A stretch of DNA of 64,000 bases from NCBI RefSeq assembly GCF_009914755.1, contig NC_060928.1; one strand, given 5' to 3'. Below, piece after piece: positions 12,301-27,300 of the stretch. The DNA is from the human T2T-CHM13v2.0 reference genome, Homo sapiens. The position numbers and the translations under genes are program-made. Position 1 is the stretch's first letter; the number at the start of each line of letters is the position of its first letter. Below the pieces are notes generated by a model. It saw nothing but the letters and a program-made list of their open reading frames with translations. It was not told the origin of the DNA and made no database searches.

Positions 12301-15300
12301 CATTTCAAGCGCTTTCAGGCCTACGGGGAGAAAGGAAATATCTTCAAATAAAAACTAGACAGAAGGATTCTCAGAAACTTATTTGTGATGTGTGTCCTAA
12401 ACGAACACAGTTGAACCTTTGTTTTGATACAGCATTTTGGAAACACTCCTTTTGTAGGATCTGCAGGTGGATATTTGGATAGATTTTAAGATTTCGTTGG
12501 AAACGGGAGTTTCTTCATAGAAACTCAAGACAGATGCATTCTCAGAAACATCTCTGTGATGTTTGCATTCCACTCATAGAGTTGAAAACTTCCTTTCATA
12601 GAGCAGGTTTGAAACACTCTTTTTGTAATATTTGGAAGTGGACATTTGCAGCGCTTTGAGGCCTATGGTGAAAAAGGAAATATCTTCTCATAAAAACCAG
12701 AAACAAGCATTCTCAGAAACTTCTTTTTGATGTGTGTACTCAAGTAACAGAGTTGAACCTTCCTTTTGACACAGCAGTTTTGAAACAATCTTTTTGTAGA
12801 ATCTGCAAGTGGATATTTGGATAGCTTTGAGGATTTCGTTGGAAACGGGATATCTTCATATAAAATCTAGACAGAAGCTTTCTCAGAAACTTCTTTGTGC
12901 TGTATGTCCTCAATTAACAGATTTGAACCATTGCTTGGATACAGCATTTTGGAAACATTCCTTGAGTAGAATCTGCAAGTTGATATTTAGGTAGATTTGA
13001 AGATTTCGTTGGAAAAGGGAATATCTCCATAGAAAATCTAGAGGGAAGCATTCTCAGAAACTGCTTTGTGATGTTTCCATTCAAGTCACAGAGTTGAATA
13101 TTCCCTTTTATAGAGCACGTTTGAAACACTCTTTCTGCACTATCTGGAAGTGGACATTTCGAGCGCTTTGAGGCCTATGGTGAAAAAGGAAATATCTTCC
13201 CATAAAAACTAGACAGAAGCATTCTCAGAAACTTGTTTGTGATGTGTGTATTCAACTAACAGAGTTGAACTTTTGTTTTTACAGAGCCGTTTTAAAACAC
13301 TCTTTTTGTGGAATCAGAAAGTGGATATTCGGATGGCTCTGAGGATTTCGTTGGAAGCGGGATTACATATAAAATCTAGAGAGAAGCATTCTCAGGAACT
13401 TCTTTGTGATGTTTGCATTGAAGTCACAGAATTGAACATTCACTTTGATAGAGCAGGTTTGAAACACTCATTCTGTAGTATCTGGAAGTGGACATTTCAA
13501 GCGCTTTCAGGCCTATGGTGAGAAAGGAAATATCTTCGAATAAAAACTAGACAGAAGCATCCTCAGAAACTTATTTGTGATGTGTGTCCTCAACTAACAG
13601 AGTTGAAACTTTGTTTTGATACAGCATTTTGGAAACACTCTTTTTGTAGAATCTGCAGGTGGATATTTGGATAGCTTAGAGGGATTCGTTGGAAAGGGGA
13701 TATCTTCATATAAAATCTAGACAGAAGCATTCTCAGAAACTTATTTGTGATGTGTGTCCTCAACTAACAGAGTTGAACCTTGGTTTTGATACAGCATTTT
13801 GGAAACACTCCTTTTGTAGAATCTGCAGGTGGATATGTGGATAGCTCTGAAGATTTCGTTGGAAACGGGAATTTCTTCATATAAAATCAAACAGAAGCAT
13901 TCTCAGAAACTTCTCAGTGATGTTTGCATTCAGCTCATGGAGTTGAACACTTCCTTTCATAGAGCCGGTTTGAAACACTCTTTCTGCACTACCTGGAAGA
14001 GGACATTTCGAGCGCTTTGAGTCCTATGGTGAAAAAGGAAATATCTTCTCATAAAAACCAGAAAGAAGCATTCTCAGAAACTTCTTTGTGTTGTGTGTAC
14101 TCATGTAACAGTGTTGAACCATCCTTTTGACAGAGCAGTTTTGAAACACTCTTTTTGTAGAATCTGCAAGTGGATATTTGGATAGCTTTGAGGATTTCGT
14201 TGGAAACGGGATGACATATAATATCTAGAGAGAAGCATACTCAGGAACTTCTTTGTGATGTTTGCATTCAAGTCACAGAATTGAACATTCCCTTTCATAG
14301 AGCAGGTTTGAAACACTCTTTCTCTAGTATCTGGAAGTGGGCATTTCAAGCGCTTTCAGGCCTATGGAGAGAAAGGAAATACCTTCAAATAAAAACTAGA
14401 CAGAAGCATTCTCAGAAACTTATTTGTGATGTGTGTCCTCAACTAACAGAGTTGAACCTTTGTTTTGATACAGCATTTTGGAAACACTCCTTTTGTAGAA
14501 TCTGCAGGTGGATATTTGGATAACTTTGAAGATTTCGTTGGAAACCGGAATATCTTCATATAAAATCAAGACAGAAGCATTCTCGGAAACATCTCTGTGA
14601 TGTTTGCATTCAACTCAGTAGAGTTGAACACTTCCTTTCATAGAGCAGGTTTGAAACACTCTTTCTGCACTACCTGGAAGCGGACATTTCGAGCGCTTTG
14701 AGGCCTATGGTGAAAAAGGAAATATCTTCTCATAAAAACCAGAAAGAAGCATTCTCAGAAACTTCTTTGTGTTGTGTGTACTCAAGTAACAGTGTTGAAC
14801 CTTCCTTTTGACACAGCTGTTTTGAAACACTCTTTTGGTAGAATCTGCAAGTGGATATTTGGATAGGTTTGAGGATTTCGTTGGAAACGGGTTATCTTCA
14901 TATAAAATCCAGACAGGAGCATTCTCAGAAACTTCTTTGTGCTGCATGTCCTCAATTCACAGAGCTGAACCTTTGTTTGGATACAGCATTTTGGAAACAT
15001 TCCTTTAGTAGAATCTGCAAGTTGATATTTAGATAGCTTTGAAGATTTCGTTGGAAACGGGAATATCTTCATAGAAAATCTAGACGGAAGCATTCTCAGA
15101 AACTGCTTTGTGATGTTTGCATTCAAGTCACAGAGTTGAATATTCCCTTTTATAGAGTAGGTTTGAAACACTCTTTCGGCACTACCTGGAAGTGGATATT
15201 TCGAGCTCTTTGAGGCCTATGGTTAAAAGGAAATATCTTCCCATAAAAACTAGACAGAAGCCGTCTCAGAAACTTGTTTGTGATGTGTGTATTCAACTAC

Positions 15301-18300
15301 CAGAGTTGAACATTTCTGTTACAGAGCAATTTTAAAACACTCTTTTTGTGGAATCTGAAAGTGGATAATTGGATAGCTTTGTGGATTTCGTTGGAAACGG
15401 GATGACGTATAAAATCTAGAGAGAAGCATTCTCAGGAACTTCTTTCTGATGTTTGCATTCAAGTCACAGAATTGAACATTCCTTTTCATAGTGCAGGTTT
15501 GAAACACTCTTTCTGTAGTATCTGGAAGTGGACATTTCAAGCGCTTTCAGGCCTACGGGGAGAAAGGAAATATCTTCAAATAAAAACTAGACAGAAGGAT
15601 TCTCAGAAACTTATTTGTGATGTGTGTCCTAAACGAACACAGTTGAACCTTTGTTTTGATACAGCATTTTGGAAACACTCCTTTTGTAGGATCTGCAGGT
15701 GGATATTTGGATAGATTTTAAGATTTCGTTGGAAACGGGAGTTTCTTCATAGAAACTCAAGACAGATGCATTCTCAGAAACATCTCTGTGATGTTTGCAT
15801 TCCACTCATAGAGTTGAAAACTTCCTTTCATAGAGCAGGTTTGAAACACTCTTTTTGTAATATTTGGAAGTGGACATTTGCAGCGCTTTGAGGCCTATGG
15901 TGAAAAAGGAAATATCTTCTCATAAAAACCAGAAACAAGCATTCTCAGAAACTTCTTTTTGATGTGTGTACTCAAGTAACAGAGTTGAACCTTCCTTTTG
16001 ACACAGCAGTTTTGAAACAATCTTTTTGTAGAATCTGCAAGTGGATATTTGGATAGCTTTGAGGATTTCGTTGGAAACGGGATATCTTCATATAAAATCT
16101 AGACAGAAGCATTCTCAGAAACTTCTTTGTGCTGTATGTCCTCAATTAACAGAGTTGAACCATTGCTTGGATACAGCATTTTGGAAACATTCCTTGAGTA
16201 GAATCTGCAAGTTGATATTTAGATAGATTTGAAGATTTCGTTGGAAAAGGGAATATCTCCATATAAAATCTAGAGGGAAGCATTCTCAGAAACTGCTTTG
16301 TGATGTTTCCATTCAAGTCACAGAGTTGAATATTCCCTTTTATAGAGCACGTTTGAAACACTCTTTCTGCACTATCTGGAAGTGGACATTTCGAGCGCTT
16401 TGAGGCCTATGGTGAAAAAGGAAATATCTTCCCATAAAAACTAGACAGAAGCATTCTCAGAAACTTGTTTGTGATGTGTGTATTCAACTAACAGAGTTGA
16501 ACTTTTGTTTTTACAGAGCCGTTTTAAAACACTCTTTTTGTGGAATCAGAAAGTGGATATTCGGATGGCTCTGAGGATTTCGTTGGAAGCGGGATTACAT
16601 ATAAAATCTAGAGAGAAGCATTCTCAGGAACTTCTTTGTGATGTTTGCATTGAAGTCACAGAATTGAACATTCACTTTGATAGAGCAGGTTTGAAACACT
16701 CATTCTGTAGTATCTGGAAGTGGACATTTCAAGCGCTTTCAGGCCTATGGTGAGAAAGGAAATATCTTCGAATAAAAACTAGACAGAAGCATCCTCAGAA
16801 ACTTATTTGTGATGTGTGTCCTCAACTAACAGAGTTGAAACTTTGTTTTGATACAGCATTTTGGAAACACTCTTTTTGTAGAATCTGCAGGTGGATATTT
16901 GGATAGCTTAGAGGGATTCGTTGGAAAGGGGATATCTTCATATAAAATCTAGACAGAAGCATTCTCAGAAACTTATTTGTGATGTGTGTCCTCAACTAAC
17001 AGAGTTGAACCTTGGTTTTGATACAGCATTTTGGAAACGCTCCTTTTGTAGAATCTGCAGGTGGATATGTGGATAGCTCTGAAGATTTCGTTGGAAACGG
17101 GAATTTCTTCATATAAAATCAAACAGAAGCATTCTCAGAAACTTCTCAGTGATGTTTGCATTCAGCTCATGGAGTTGAACACTTCCTTTCATAGAGCCGG
17201 TTTGAAACACTCTTTCTGCACTACCTGGAAGAGGACATTTCGAGCGCTTTGAGTCCTATGGTGAAAAAGGAAATATCTTCTCATAAAAACCAGAAAGAAG
17301 CATTCTCAGAAACTTCTTTGTGTTGTGTGTACTCATGTAACAGTGTTGAACCATCCTTTTGACAGAGCAGTTTTGAAACACTCTTTTTGTAGAATCTGCA
17401 AGTGGATATTTGGATAGCTTTGAGGATTTCGTTGGAAACGGGATGACATATAATATCTAGAGAGAAGCATTCTCAGGAACTTCTTTGTGATGTTTGCATT
17501 CAAGTCACAGAATTGAACATTCCCTTTCATAGAGCAGGTTTGAAACACTCTTTCTCTAGTATCTGGAAGTGGGCATTTCAAGCGCTTTCAGGCCTATGGA
17601 GAGAAAGGAAATACCTTCAAATAAAAACTAGACAGAAGCATTCTCAGAAACTTATTTGTGATGTGTGTCCTCAACTAACAGAGTTGAACCTTTGTTTTGA
17701 TACAGCATTTTGGAAACACTCCTTTTGTAGAATCTGCAGGTGGATATTTGGATAACTTTGAAGATTTCGTTGGAAACCGGAATATCTTCATATAAAATCA
17801 AGACAGAAGCATTCTCGGAAACATCTCTGTGATGTTTGCATTCAACTCAGTAGAGTTGAACACTTCCTTTCATAGAGCCGGTTTGAAACACTCTTTCTGC
17901 ACTACCTGGAAGCGGACATTTCGAGCGCTTTGAGGCCTATGGTGAAAAAGGAAATATCTTCTCATAAAAACCAGAAAGAAGCATTCTCAGAAACTTCTTT
18001 GTGTTGTGTGTACTCAAGTAACAGTGTTGAACCTTCCTTTTGACACAGCAGTTTTGAAACACTCTTTTGGTAGAATCTGCAAGTGGATATTTGGATAGGT
18101 TTGAGGATTTCGTTGGAAACGGGTTATCTTCATATAAAATCCAGACAGGAGCATTCTCAGAAACTTCTTTGTGCTGCATGTCCTCAATTCACAGAGCTGA
18201 ACCTTTGTTTGGATACAGCATTTTGGAAACATTCCTTTAGTAGAATCTGCAAGTTGATATTTAGATAGCTTTGAAGATTTCGTTGGAAACGGGAATATCT

Positions 18301-21300
18301 TCATAGAAAATCTAGACGGAAGCATTCTCAGAAACTGCTTTGTGATGTTTGCATTCAAGTCACAGAGTTGAATATTCCCTTTTATAGAGTAGGTTTGAAA
18401 CACTCTTTCGGCACTACCTGGAAGTGGATATTTCGAGCTCTTTGAGGCCTATGGTTAAAAGGAAATATCTTCCCATAAAAACTAGACAGAAGCCGTCTCA
18501 GAAACTTGTTTGTGATGTGTGTATTCAACTACCAGAGTTGAACATTTCTGTTACAGAGCAATTTTAAAACACTCTTTTTGTGGAATCTGAAAGTGGATAA
18601 TTGGATAGCTTTGTGGATTTCGTTGGAAACGGGATGACGTATAAAATCTAGAGAGAAGCATTCTCAGGAACTTCTTTCTGATGTTTGCATTCAAGTCACA
18701 GAATTGAACATTCCTTTTCATAGTGCAGGTTTGAAACACTCTTTCTGTAGTATCTGGAAGTGGACATTTCAAGCGCTTTCAGGCCTACGGGGAGAAAGGA
18801 AATATCTTCAAATAAAAACTAGACAGAAGGATTCTCAGAAACTTATTTGTGATGTGTGTCCTAAACGAACACAGTTGAACCTTTGTTTTGATACAGCATT
18901 TTGGAAACACTCCTTTTGTAGGATCTGCAGGTGGATATTTGGATAGATTTTAAGATTTCGTTGGAAACGGGAGTTTCTTCATAGAAACTCAAGACAGATG
19001 CATTCTCAGAAACATCTCTGTGATGTTTGCATTCCACTCATAGAGTTGAAAACTTCCTTTCATAGAGCAGGTTTGAAACACTCTTTTTGTAATATTTGGA
19101 AGTGGACATTTGCAGCGCTTTGAGGCCTATGGTGAAAAAGGAAATATCTTCTCATAAAAACCAGAAACAAGCATTCTCAGAAACTTCTTTTTGATGTGTG
19201 TACTCAAGTAACAGAGTTGAACCTTCCTTTTGACACAGCAGTTTTGAAACAATCTTTTTGTAGAATCTGCAAGTGGATATTTGGATAGCTTTGAGGATTT
19301 CGTTGGAAACGGGATATCTTCATATAAAATCTAGACAGAAGCATTCTCAGAAACTTCTTTGTGCTGTATGTCCTCAATTAACAGAGTTGAACCATTGCTT
19401 GGATACAGCATTTTGGAAACATTCCTTGAGTAGAATCTGCAAGTTGATATTTAGATAGATTTGAAGATTTCGTTGGAAAAGGGAATATCTCCATATAAAA
19501 TCTAGAGGGAAGCATTCTCAGAAACTGCTTTGTGATGTTTCCATTCAAGTCACAGAGTTGAATATTCCCTTTTATAGAGCACGTTTGAAACACTCTTTCT
19601 GCACTATCTGGAAGTGGACATTTCGAGCGCTTTGAGGCCTATGGTGAAAAAGGAAATATCTTCCCATAAAAACTAGACAGAAGCATTCTCAGAAACTTGT
19701 TTGTGATGTGTGTATTCAACTAACAGAGTTGAACTTTTGTTTTTACAGAGCCGTTTTAAAACACTCTTTTTGTGGAATCAGAAAGTGGATATTCGGATGG
19801 CTCTGAGGATTTCGTTGGAAGCGGGATTACATATAAAATCTAGAGAGAAGCATTCTCAGGAACTTCTTTGTGATGTTTGCATTGAAGTCACAGAATTGAA
19901 CATTCACTTTGATAGAGCAGGTTTGAAACACTCATTCTGTAGTATCTGGAAGTGGACATTTCAAGCGCTTTCAGGCCTATGGTGAGAAAGGAAATATCTT
20001 CGAATAAAAACTAGACAGAAGCATCCTCAGAAACTTATTTGTGATGTGTGTCCTCAACTAACAGAGTTGAAACTTTGTTTTGATACAGCATTTTGGAAAC
20101 ACTCTTTTTGTAGAATCTGCAGGTGGATATTTGGATAGCTTAGAGGGATTCGTTGGAAAGGGGATATCTTCATATAAAATCTAGACAGAAGCATTCTCAG
20201 AAACTTATTTGTGATGTGTGTCCTCAACTAACAGAGTTGAACCTTGGTTTTGATACAGCATTTTGGAAACGCTCCTTTTGTAGAATCTGCAGGTGGATAT
20301 GTGGATAGCTCTGAAGATTTCGTTGGAAACGGGAATTTCTTCATATAAAATCAAACAGAAGCATTCTCAGAAACTTCTCAGTGATGTTTGCATTCAGCTC
20401 ATGGAGTTGAACACTTCCTTTCATAGAGCCGGTTTGAAACACTCTTTCTGCACTACCTGGAAGAGGACATTTCGAGCGCTTTGAGTCCTATGGTGAAAAA
20501 GGAAATATCTTCTCATAAAAACCAGAAAGAAGCATTCTCAGAAACTTCTTTGTGTTGTGTGTACTCATGTAACAGTGTTGAACCATCCTTTTGACAGAGC
20601 AGTTTTGAAACACTCTTTTTGTAGAATCTGCAAGTGGATATTTGGATAGCTTTGAGGATTTCGTTGGAAACGGGATGACATATAATATCTAGAGAGAAGC
20701 ATTCTCAGGAACTTCTTTGTGATGTTTGCATTCAAGTCACAGAATTGAACATTCCCTTTCATAGAGCAGGTTTGAAACACTCTTTCTCTAGTATCTGGAA
20801 GTGGGCATTTCAAGCGCTTTCAGGCCTATGGAGAGAAAGGAAATACCTTCAAATAAAAACTAGACAGAAGCATTCTCAGAAACTTATTTGTGATGTGTGT
20901 CCTCAACTAACAGAGTTGAACCTTTGTTTTGATACAGCATTTTGGAAACACTCCTTTTGTAGAATCTGCAGGTGGATATTTGGATAACTTTGAAGATTTC
21001 GTTGGAAACCGGAATATCTTCATATAAAATCAAGACAGAAGCATTCTCGGAAACATCTCTGTGATGTTTGCATTCAACTCAGTAGAGTTGAACACTTCCT
21101 TTCATAGAGCCGGTTTGAAACACTCTTTCTGCACTACCTGGAAGCGGACATTTCGAGCGCTTTGAGGCCTATGGTGAAAAAGGAAATATCTTCTCATAAA
21201 AACCAGAAACAAGCATTCTCAGAAACTTCTTTGTGTTGTGTGTACTCAAGTAACAGTGTTGAACCTTCCTTTTGACACAGCAGTTTTGAAACACTCTTTT

Positions 21301-24300
21301 GGTAGAATCTGCAAGTGGATATTTGGATAGCTTTGAGGATTTCGTTGGAAACGGGTTATCTTCATATAAAATCCAGACAGGAGCATTCTCAGAAACTTCT
21401 TTGTGCTGCATGTCCTCAATTCACAGAGCTGAACCTTTGTTTGGATACAGCATTTTGGAAACATTCCTTTAGTAGAATCTGCAAGTTGATATTTAGATAG
21501 CTTTGAAGATTTCGTTGGAAACGGGAATATCTTCATAGAAAATCTAGACGGAAGCATTCTCAGAAACTGCTTTGTGATGTTTGCATTCAAGTCACAGAGT
21601 TGAATATTCCCTTTTATAGAGTAGGTTTGAAACACTCTTTCGGCACTACCTGGAAGTGGATATTTCGAGCTCTTTGAGGCCTATGGTTAAAAGGAAATAT
21701 CTTCCCATAAAAACTAGACAGAAGCCGTCTCAGAAACTTGTTTGTGATGTGTGTATTCAACTACCAGAGTTGAACATTTCTGTTACAGAGCAATTTTAAA
21801 ACACTCTTTTTGTGGAATCTGAAAGTGGATAATTGGATAGCTTTGTGGATTTCGTTGGAAACGGGATGACGTATAAAATCTAGAGAGAAGCATTCTCAGG
21901 AACTTCTTTCTGATGTTTGCATTCAAGTCACAGAATTGAACATTCCTTTTCATAGTGCAGGTTTGAAACACTCTTTCTGTAGTATCTGGAAGTGGACATT
22001 TCAAGCGCTTTCAGGCCTACGGGGAGAAAGGAAATATCTTCAAATAAAAACTAGACAGAAGGATTCTCAGAAACTTATTTGTGATGTGTGTCCTAAACGA
22101 ACACAGTTGAACCTTTGTTTTGATACAGCATTTTGGAAACACTCCTTTTGTAGGATCTGCAGGTGGATATTTGGATAGATTTTAAGATTTCGTTGGAAAC
22201 GGGAGTTTCTTCATAGAAACTCAAGACAGATGCATTCTCAGAAACATCTCTGTGATGTTTGCATTCCACTCATAGAGTTGAAAACTTCCTTTCATAGAGC
22301 AGGTTTGAAACACTCTTTTTGTAATATTTGGAAGTGGACATTTGCAGCGCTTTGAGGCCTATGGTGAAAAAGGAAATATCTTCTCATAAAAACCAGAAAC
22401 AAGCATTCTCAGAAACTTCTTTTTGATGTGTGTACTCAAGTAACAGAGTTGAACCTTCCTTTTGACACAGCAGTTTTGAAACAATCTTTTTGTAGAATCT
22501 GCAAGTGGATATTTGGATAGCTTTGAGGATTTCGTTGGAAACGGGATATCTTCATATAAAATCTAGACAGAAGCATTCTCAGAAACTTCTTTGTGCTGTA
22601 TGTCCTCAATTAACAGAGTTGAACCATTGCTTGGATACAGCATTTTGGAAACATTCCTTGAGTAGAATCTGCAAGTTGATATTTAGATAGATTTGAAGAT
22701 TTCGTTGGAAAAGGGAATATCTCCATATAAAATCTAGAGGGAAGCATTCTCAGAAACTGCTTTGTGATGTTTCCATTCAAGTCACAGAGTTGAATATTCC
22801 CTTTTATAGAGCACGTTTGAAACACTCTTTCTGCACTATCTGGAAGTGGACATTTCGAGCGCTTTGAGGCCTATGGTGAAAAAGGAAATATCTTCCCATA
22901 AAAACTAGACAGAAGCATTCTCAGAAACTTGTTTGTGATGTGTGTATTCAACTAACAGAGTTGAACTTTTGTTTTTACAGAGCCGTTTTAAAACACTCTT
23001 TTTGTGGAATCAGAAAGTGGATATTCGGATGGCTCTGAGGATTTCGTTGGAAGCGGGATTACATATAAAATCTAGAGAGAAGCATTCTCAGGAACTTCTT
23101 TGTGATGTTTGCATTGAAGTCACAGAATTGAACATTCACTTTGATAGAGCAGGTTTGAAACACTCATTCTGTAGTATCTGGAAGTGGACATTTCAAGCGC
23201 TTTCAGGCCTATGGTGAGAAAGGAAATATCTTCGAATAAAAACTAGACAGAAGCATCCTCAGAAACTTATTTGTGATGTGTGTCCTCAACTAACAGAGTT
23301 GAAACTTTGTTTTGATACAGCATTTTGGAAACACTCTTTTTGTAGAATCTGCAGGTGGATATTTGGATAGCTTAGAGGGATTCGTTGGAAAGGGGATATC
23401 TTCATATAAAATCTAGACAGAAGCATTCTCAGAAACTTATTTGTGATGTGTGTCCTCAACTAACAGAGTTGAACCTTGGTTTTGATACAGCATTTTGGAA
23501 ACACTCCTTTTGTAGAATCTGCAGGTGGATATGTGGATAGCTCTGAAGATTTCGTTGGAAACGGGAATTTCTTCATATAAAATCAAACAGAAGCATTCTC
23601 AGAAACTTCTCAGTGATGTTTGCATTCAGCTCATGGAGTTGAACACTTCCTTTCATAGAGCCGGTTTGAAACACTCTTTCTGCACTACCTGGAAGAGGAC
23701 ATTTCGAGCGCTTTGAGTCCTATGGTGAAAAAGGAAATATCTTCTCATAAAAACCAGAAAGAAGCATTCTCAGAAACTTCTTTGTGTTGTGTGTACTCAT
23801 GTAACAGTGTTGAACCATCCTTTTGACAGAGCAGTTTTGAAACACTCTTTTTGTAGAATCTGCAAGTGGATATTTGGATAGCTTTGAGGATTTCGTTGGA
23901 AACGGGATGACATATAATATCTAGAGAGAAGCATTCTCAGGAACTTCTTTGTGATGTTTGCATTCAAGTCACAGAATTGAACATTCCCTTTCATAGAGCA
24001 GGTTTGAAACACTCTTTCTCTAGTATCTGGAAGTGGGCATTTCAAGCGCTTTCAGGCCTATGGAGAGAAAGGAAATACCTTCAAATAAAAACTAGACAGA
24101 AGCATTCTCAGAAACTTATTTGTGATGTGTGTCCTCAACTAACAGAGTTGAACCTTTGTTTTGATACAGCATTTTGGAAACACTCCTTTTGTAGAATCTG
24201 CAGGTGGATATTTGGATAACTTTGAAGATTTCGTTGGAAACCGGAATATCTTCATATAAAATCAAGACAGAAGCATTCTCGGAAACATCTCTGTGATGTT

Positions 24301-27300
24301 TGCATTCAACTCAGTAGAGTTGAACACTTCCTTTCATAGAGCCGGTTTGAAACACTCTTTCTGCACTACCTGGAAGCGGACATTTCGAGCGCTTTGAGGC
24401 CTATGGTGAAAAAGGAAATATCTTCTCATAAAAACCAGAAAGAAGCATTCTCAGAAACTTCTTTGTGTTGTGTGTACTCAAGTAACAGTGTTGAACCTTC
24501 CTTTTGACACAGCAGTTTTGAAACACTCTTTTGGTAGAATCTGCAAGTGGATATTTGGATAGCTTTGAGGATTTCGTTGGAAACGGGTTATCTTCATATA
24601 AAATCCAGACAGGAGCATTCTCAGAAACTTCTTTGTGCTGCATGTCCTCAATTCACAGAGCTGAACCTTTGTTTGGATACAGCATTTTGGAAACATTCCT
24701 TTAGTAGAATCTGCAAGTTGATATTTAGATAGCTTTGAAGATTTCGTTGGAAACGGGAATATCTTCATAGAAAATCTAGACGGAAGCATTCTCAGAAACT
24801 GCTTTGTGATGTTTGCATTCAAGTCACAGAGTTGAATATTCCCTTTTATAGAGTAGGTTTGAAACACTCTTTCGGCACTACCTGGAAGTGGATATTTCGA
24901 GCTCTTTGAGGCCTATGGTTAAAAGGAAATATCTTCCCATAAAAACTAGACAGAAGCCGTCTCAGAAACTTGTTTGTGATGTGTGTATTCAACTACCAGA
25001 GTTGAACATTTCTGTTACAGAGCAATTTTAAAACACTCTTTTTGTGGAATCTGAAAGTGGATAATTGGATAGCTTTGTGGATTTCGTTGGAAACGGGATG
25101 ACGTATAAAATCTAGAGAGAAGCATTCTCAGGAACTTCTTTCTGATGTTTGCATTCAAGTCACAGAATTGAACATTCCTTTTCATAGTGCAGGTTTGAAA
25201 CACTCTTTCTGTAGTATCTGGAAGTGGACATTTCAAGCGCTTTCAGGCCTACGGGGAGAAAGGAAATATCTTCAAATAAAAACTAGACAGAAGGATTCTC
25301 AGAAACTTATTTGTGATGTGTGTCCTAAACGAACACAGTTGAACCTTTGTTTTGATACAGCATTTTGGAAACACTCCTTTTGTAGGATCTGCAGGTGGAT
25401 ATTTGGATAGATTTTAAGATTTCGTTGGAAACGGGAGTTTCTTCATAGAAACTCAAGACAGATGCATTCTCAGAAACATCTCTGTGATGTTTGCATTCCA
25501 CTCATAGAGTTGAAAACTTCCTTTCATAGAGCAGGTTTGAAACACTCTTTTTGTAATATTTGGAAGTGGACATTTGCAGCGCTTTGAGGCCTATGGTGAA
25601 AAAGGAAATATCTTCTCATAAAAACCAGAAACAAGCATTCTCAGAAACTTCTTTTTGATGTGTGTACTCAAGTAACAGAGTTGAACCTTCCTTTTGACAC
25701 AGCAGTTTTGAAACAATCTTTTTGTAGAATCTGCAAGTGGATATTTGGATAGCTTTGAGGATTTCGTTGGAAACGGGATATCTTCATATAAAATCTAGAC
25801 AGAAGCATTCTCAGAAACTTCTTTGTGCTGTATGTCCTCAATTAACAGAGTTGAACCATTGCTTGGATACAGCATTTTGGAAACATTCCTTGAGTAGAAT
25901 CTGCAAGTTGATATTTAGATAGATTTGAAGATTTCGTTGGAAAAGGGAATATCTCCATAGAAAATCAAGAGGGAAGCATTCTCAGAAACTGCTTTGTGAT
26001 GTTTCCATTCAAGTCACAGAGTTGAATATTCCCTTTTATAGAGCACGTTTGAAACACTCTTTCTGCACTATCTGGAAGTGGACATTTCGAGCGCTTTGAG
26101 GCCTATGGTGAAAAAGGAAATATCTTCCCATAAAAACTAGACAGAAGCATTCTCAGAAACTTGTTTGTGATGTGTGTATTCAACTAACAGAGTTGAACTT
26201 TTGTTTTTACAGAGCCGTTTTAAAACACTCTTTTTGTGGAATCAGAAAGTGGATATTCGGATGGCTCTGAGGATTTCGTTGGAAGCGGGATTACATATAA
26301 AATCTAGAGAGAAGCATTCTCAGGAACTTCTTTGTGATGTTTGCATTGAAGTCACAGAATTGAACATTCACTTTGATAGAGCAGGTTTGAAACACTCATT
26401 CTGTAGTATCTGGAAGTGGACATTTCAAGCGCTTTCAGGCCTATGGTGAGAAAGGAAATATCTTCGAATAAAAACTAGACAGAAGCATCCTCAGAAACTT
26501 ATTTGTGATGTGTGTCCTCAACTAACAGAGTTGAAACTTTGTTTTGATACAGCATTTTGGAAACACTCTTTTTGTAGAATCTGCAGGTGGATATTTGGAT
26601 AGCTTAGAGGGATTCGTTGGAAAGGGGATATCTTCATATAAAATCTAGACAGAAGCATTCTCAGAAACTTATTTGTGATGTGTGTCCTCAACTAACAGAG
26701 TTGAACCTTGGTTTTGATACAGCATTTTGGAAACGCTCCTTTTGTAGAATCTGCAGGTGGATATGTGGATAGCTCTGAAGATTTCGTTGGAAACGGGAAT
26801 TTCTTCATATAAAATCAAACAGAAGCATTCTCAGAAACTTCTCAGTGATGTTTGCATTCAGCTCATGGAGTTGAACACTTCCTTTCATAGAGCCGGTTTG
26901 AAACACTCTTTCTGCACTACCTGGAAGAGGACATTTCGAGCGCTTTGAGTCCTATGGTGAAAAAGGAAATATCTTCTCATAAAAACCAGAAAGAAGCATT
27001 CTCAGAAACTTCTTTGTGTTGTGTGTACTCATGTAACAGTGTTGAACCATCCTTTTGACAGAGCAGTTTTGAAACACTCTTTTTGTAGAATCTGCAAGTG
27101 GATATTTGGATAGCTTTGAGGATTTCGTTGGAAACGGGATGACATATAATATCTAGAGAGAAGCATACTCAGGAACTTCTTTGTGATGTTTGCATTCAAG
27201 TCACAGAATTGAACATTCCCTTTCATAGAGCAGGTTTGAAACACTCTTTCTCTAGTATCTGGAAGTGGGCATTTCAAGCGCTTTCAGGCCTATGGAGAGA

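Noticed and set aside
21201-21215. Single m16-like base (CCAGAAACAAG) at the end of m9 in H7 as a conversion event
   Set aside because: One substitution cannot be distinguished from a point mutation. The same applies to singletons at 370, 40732, 43076, 45488 and 54644.
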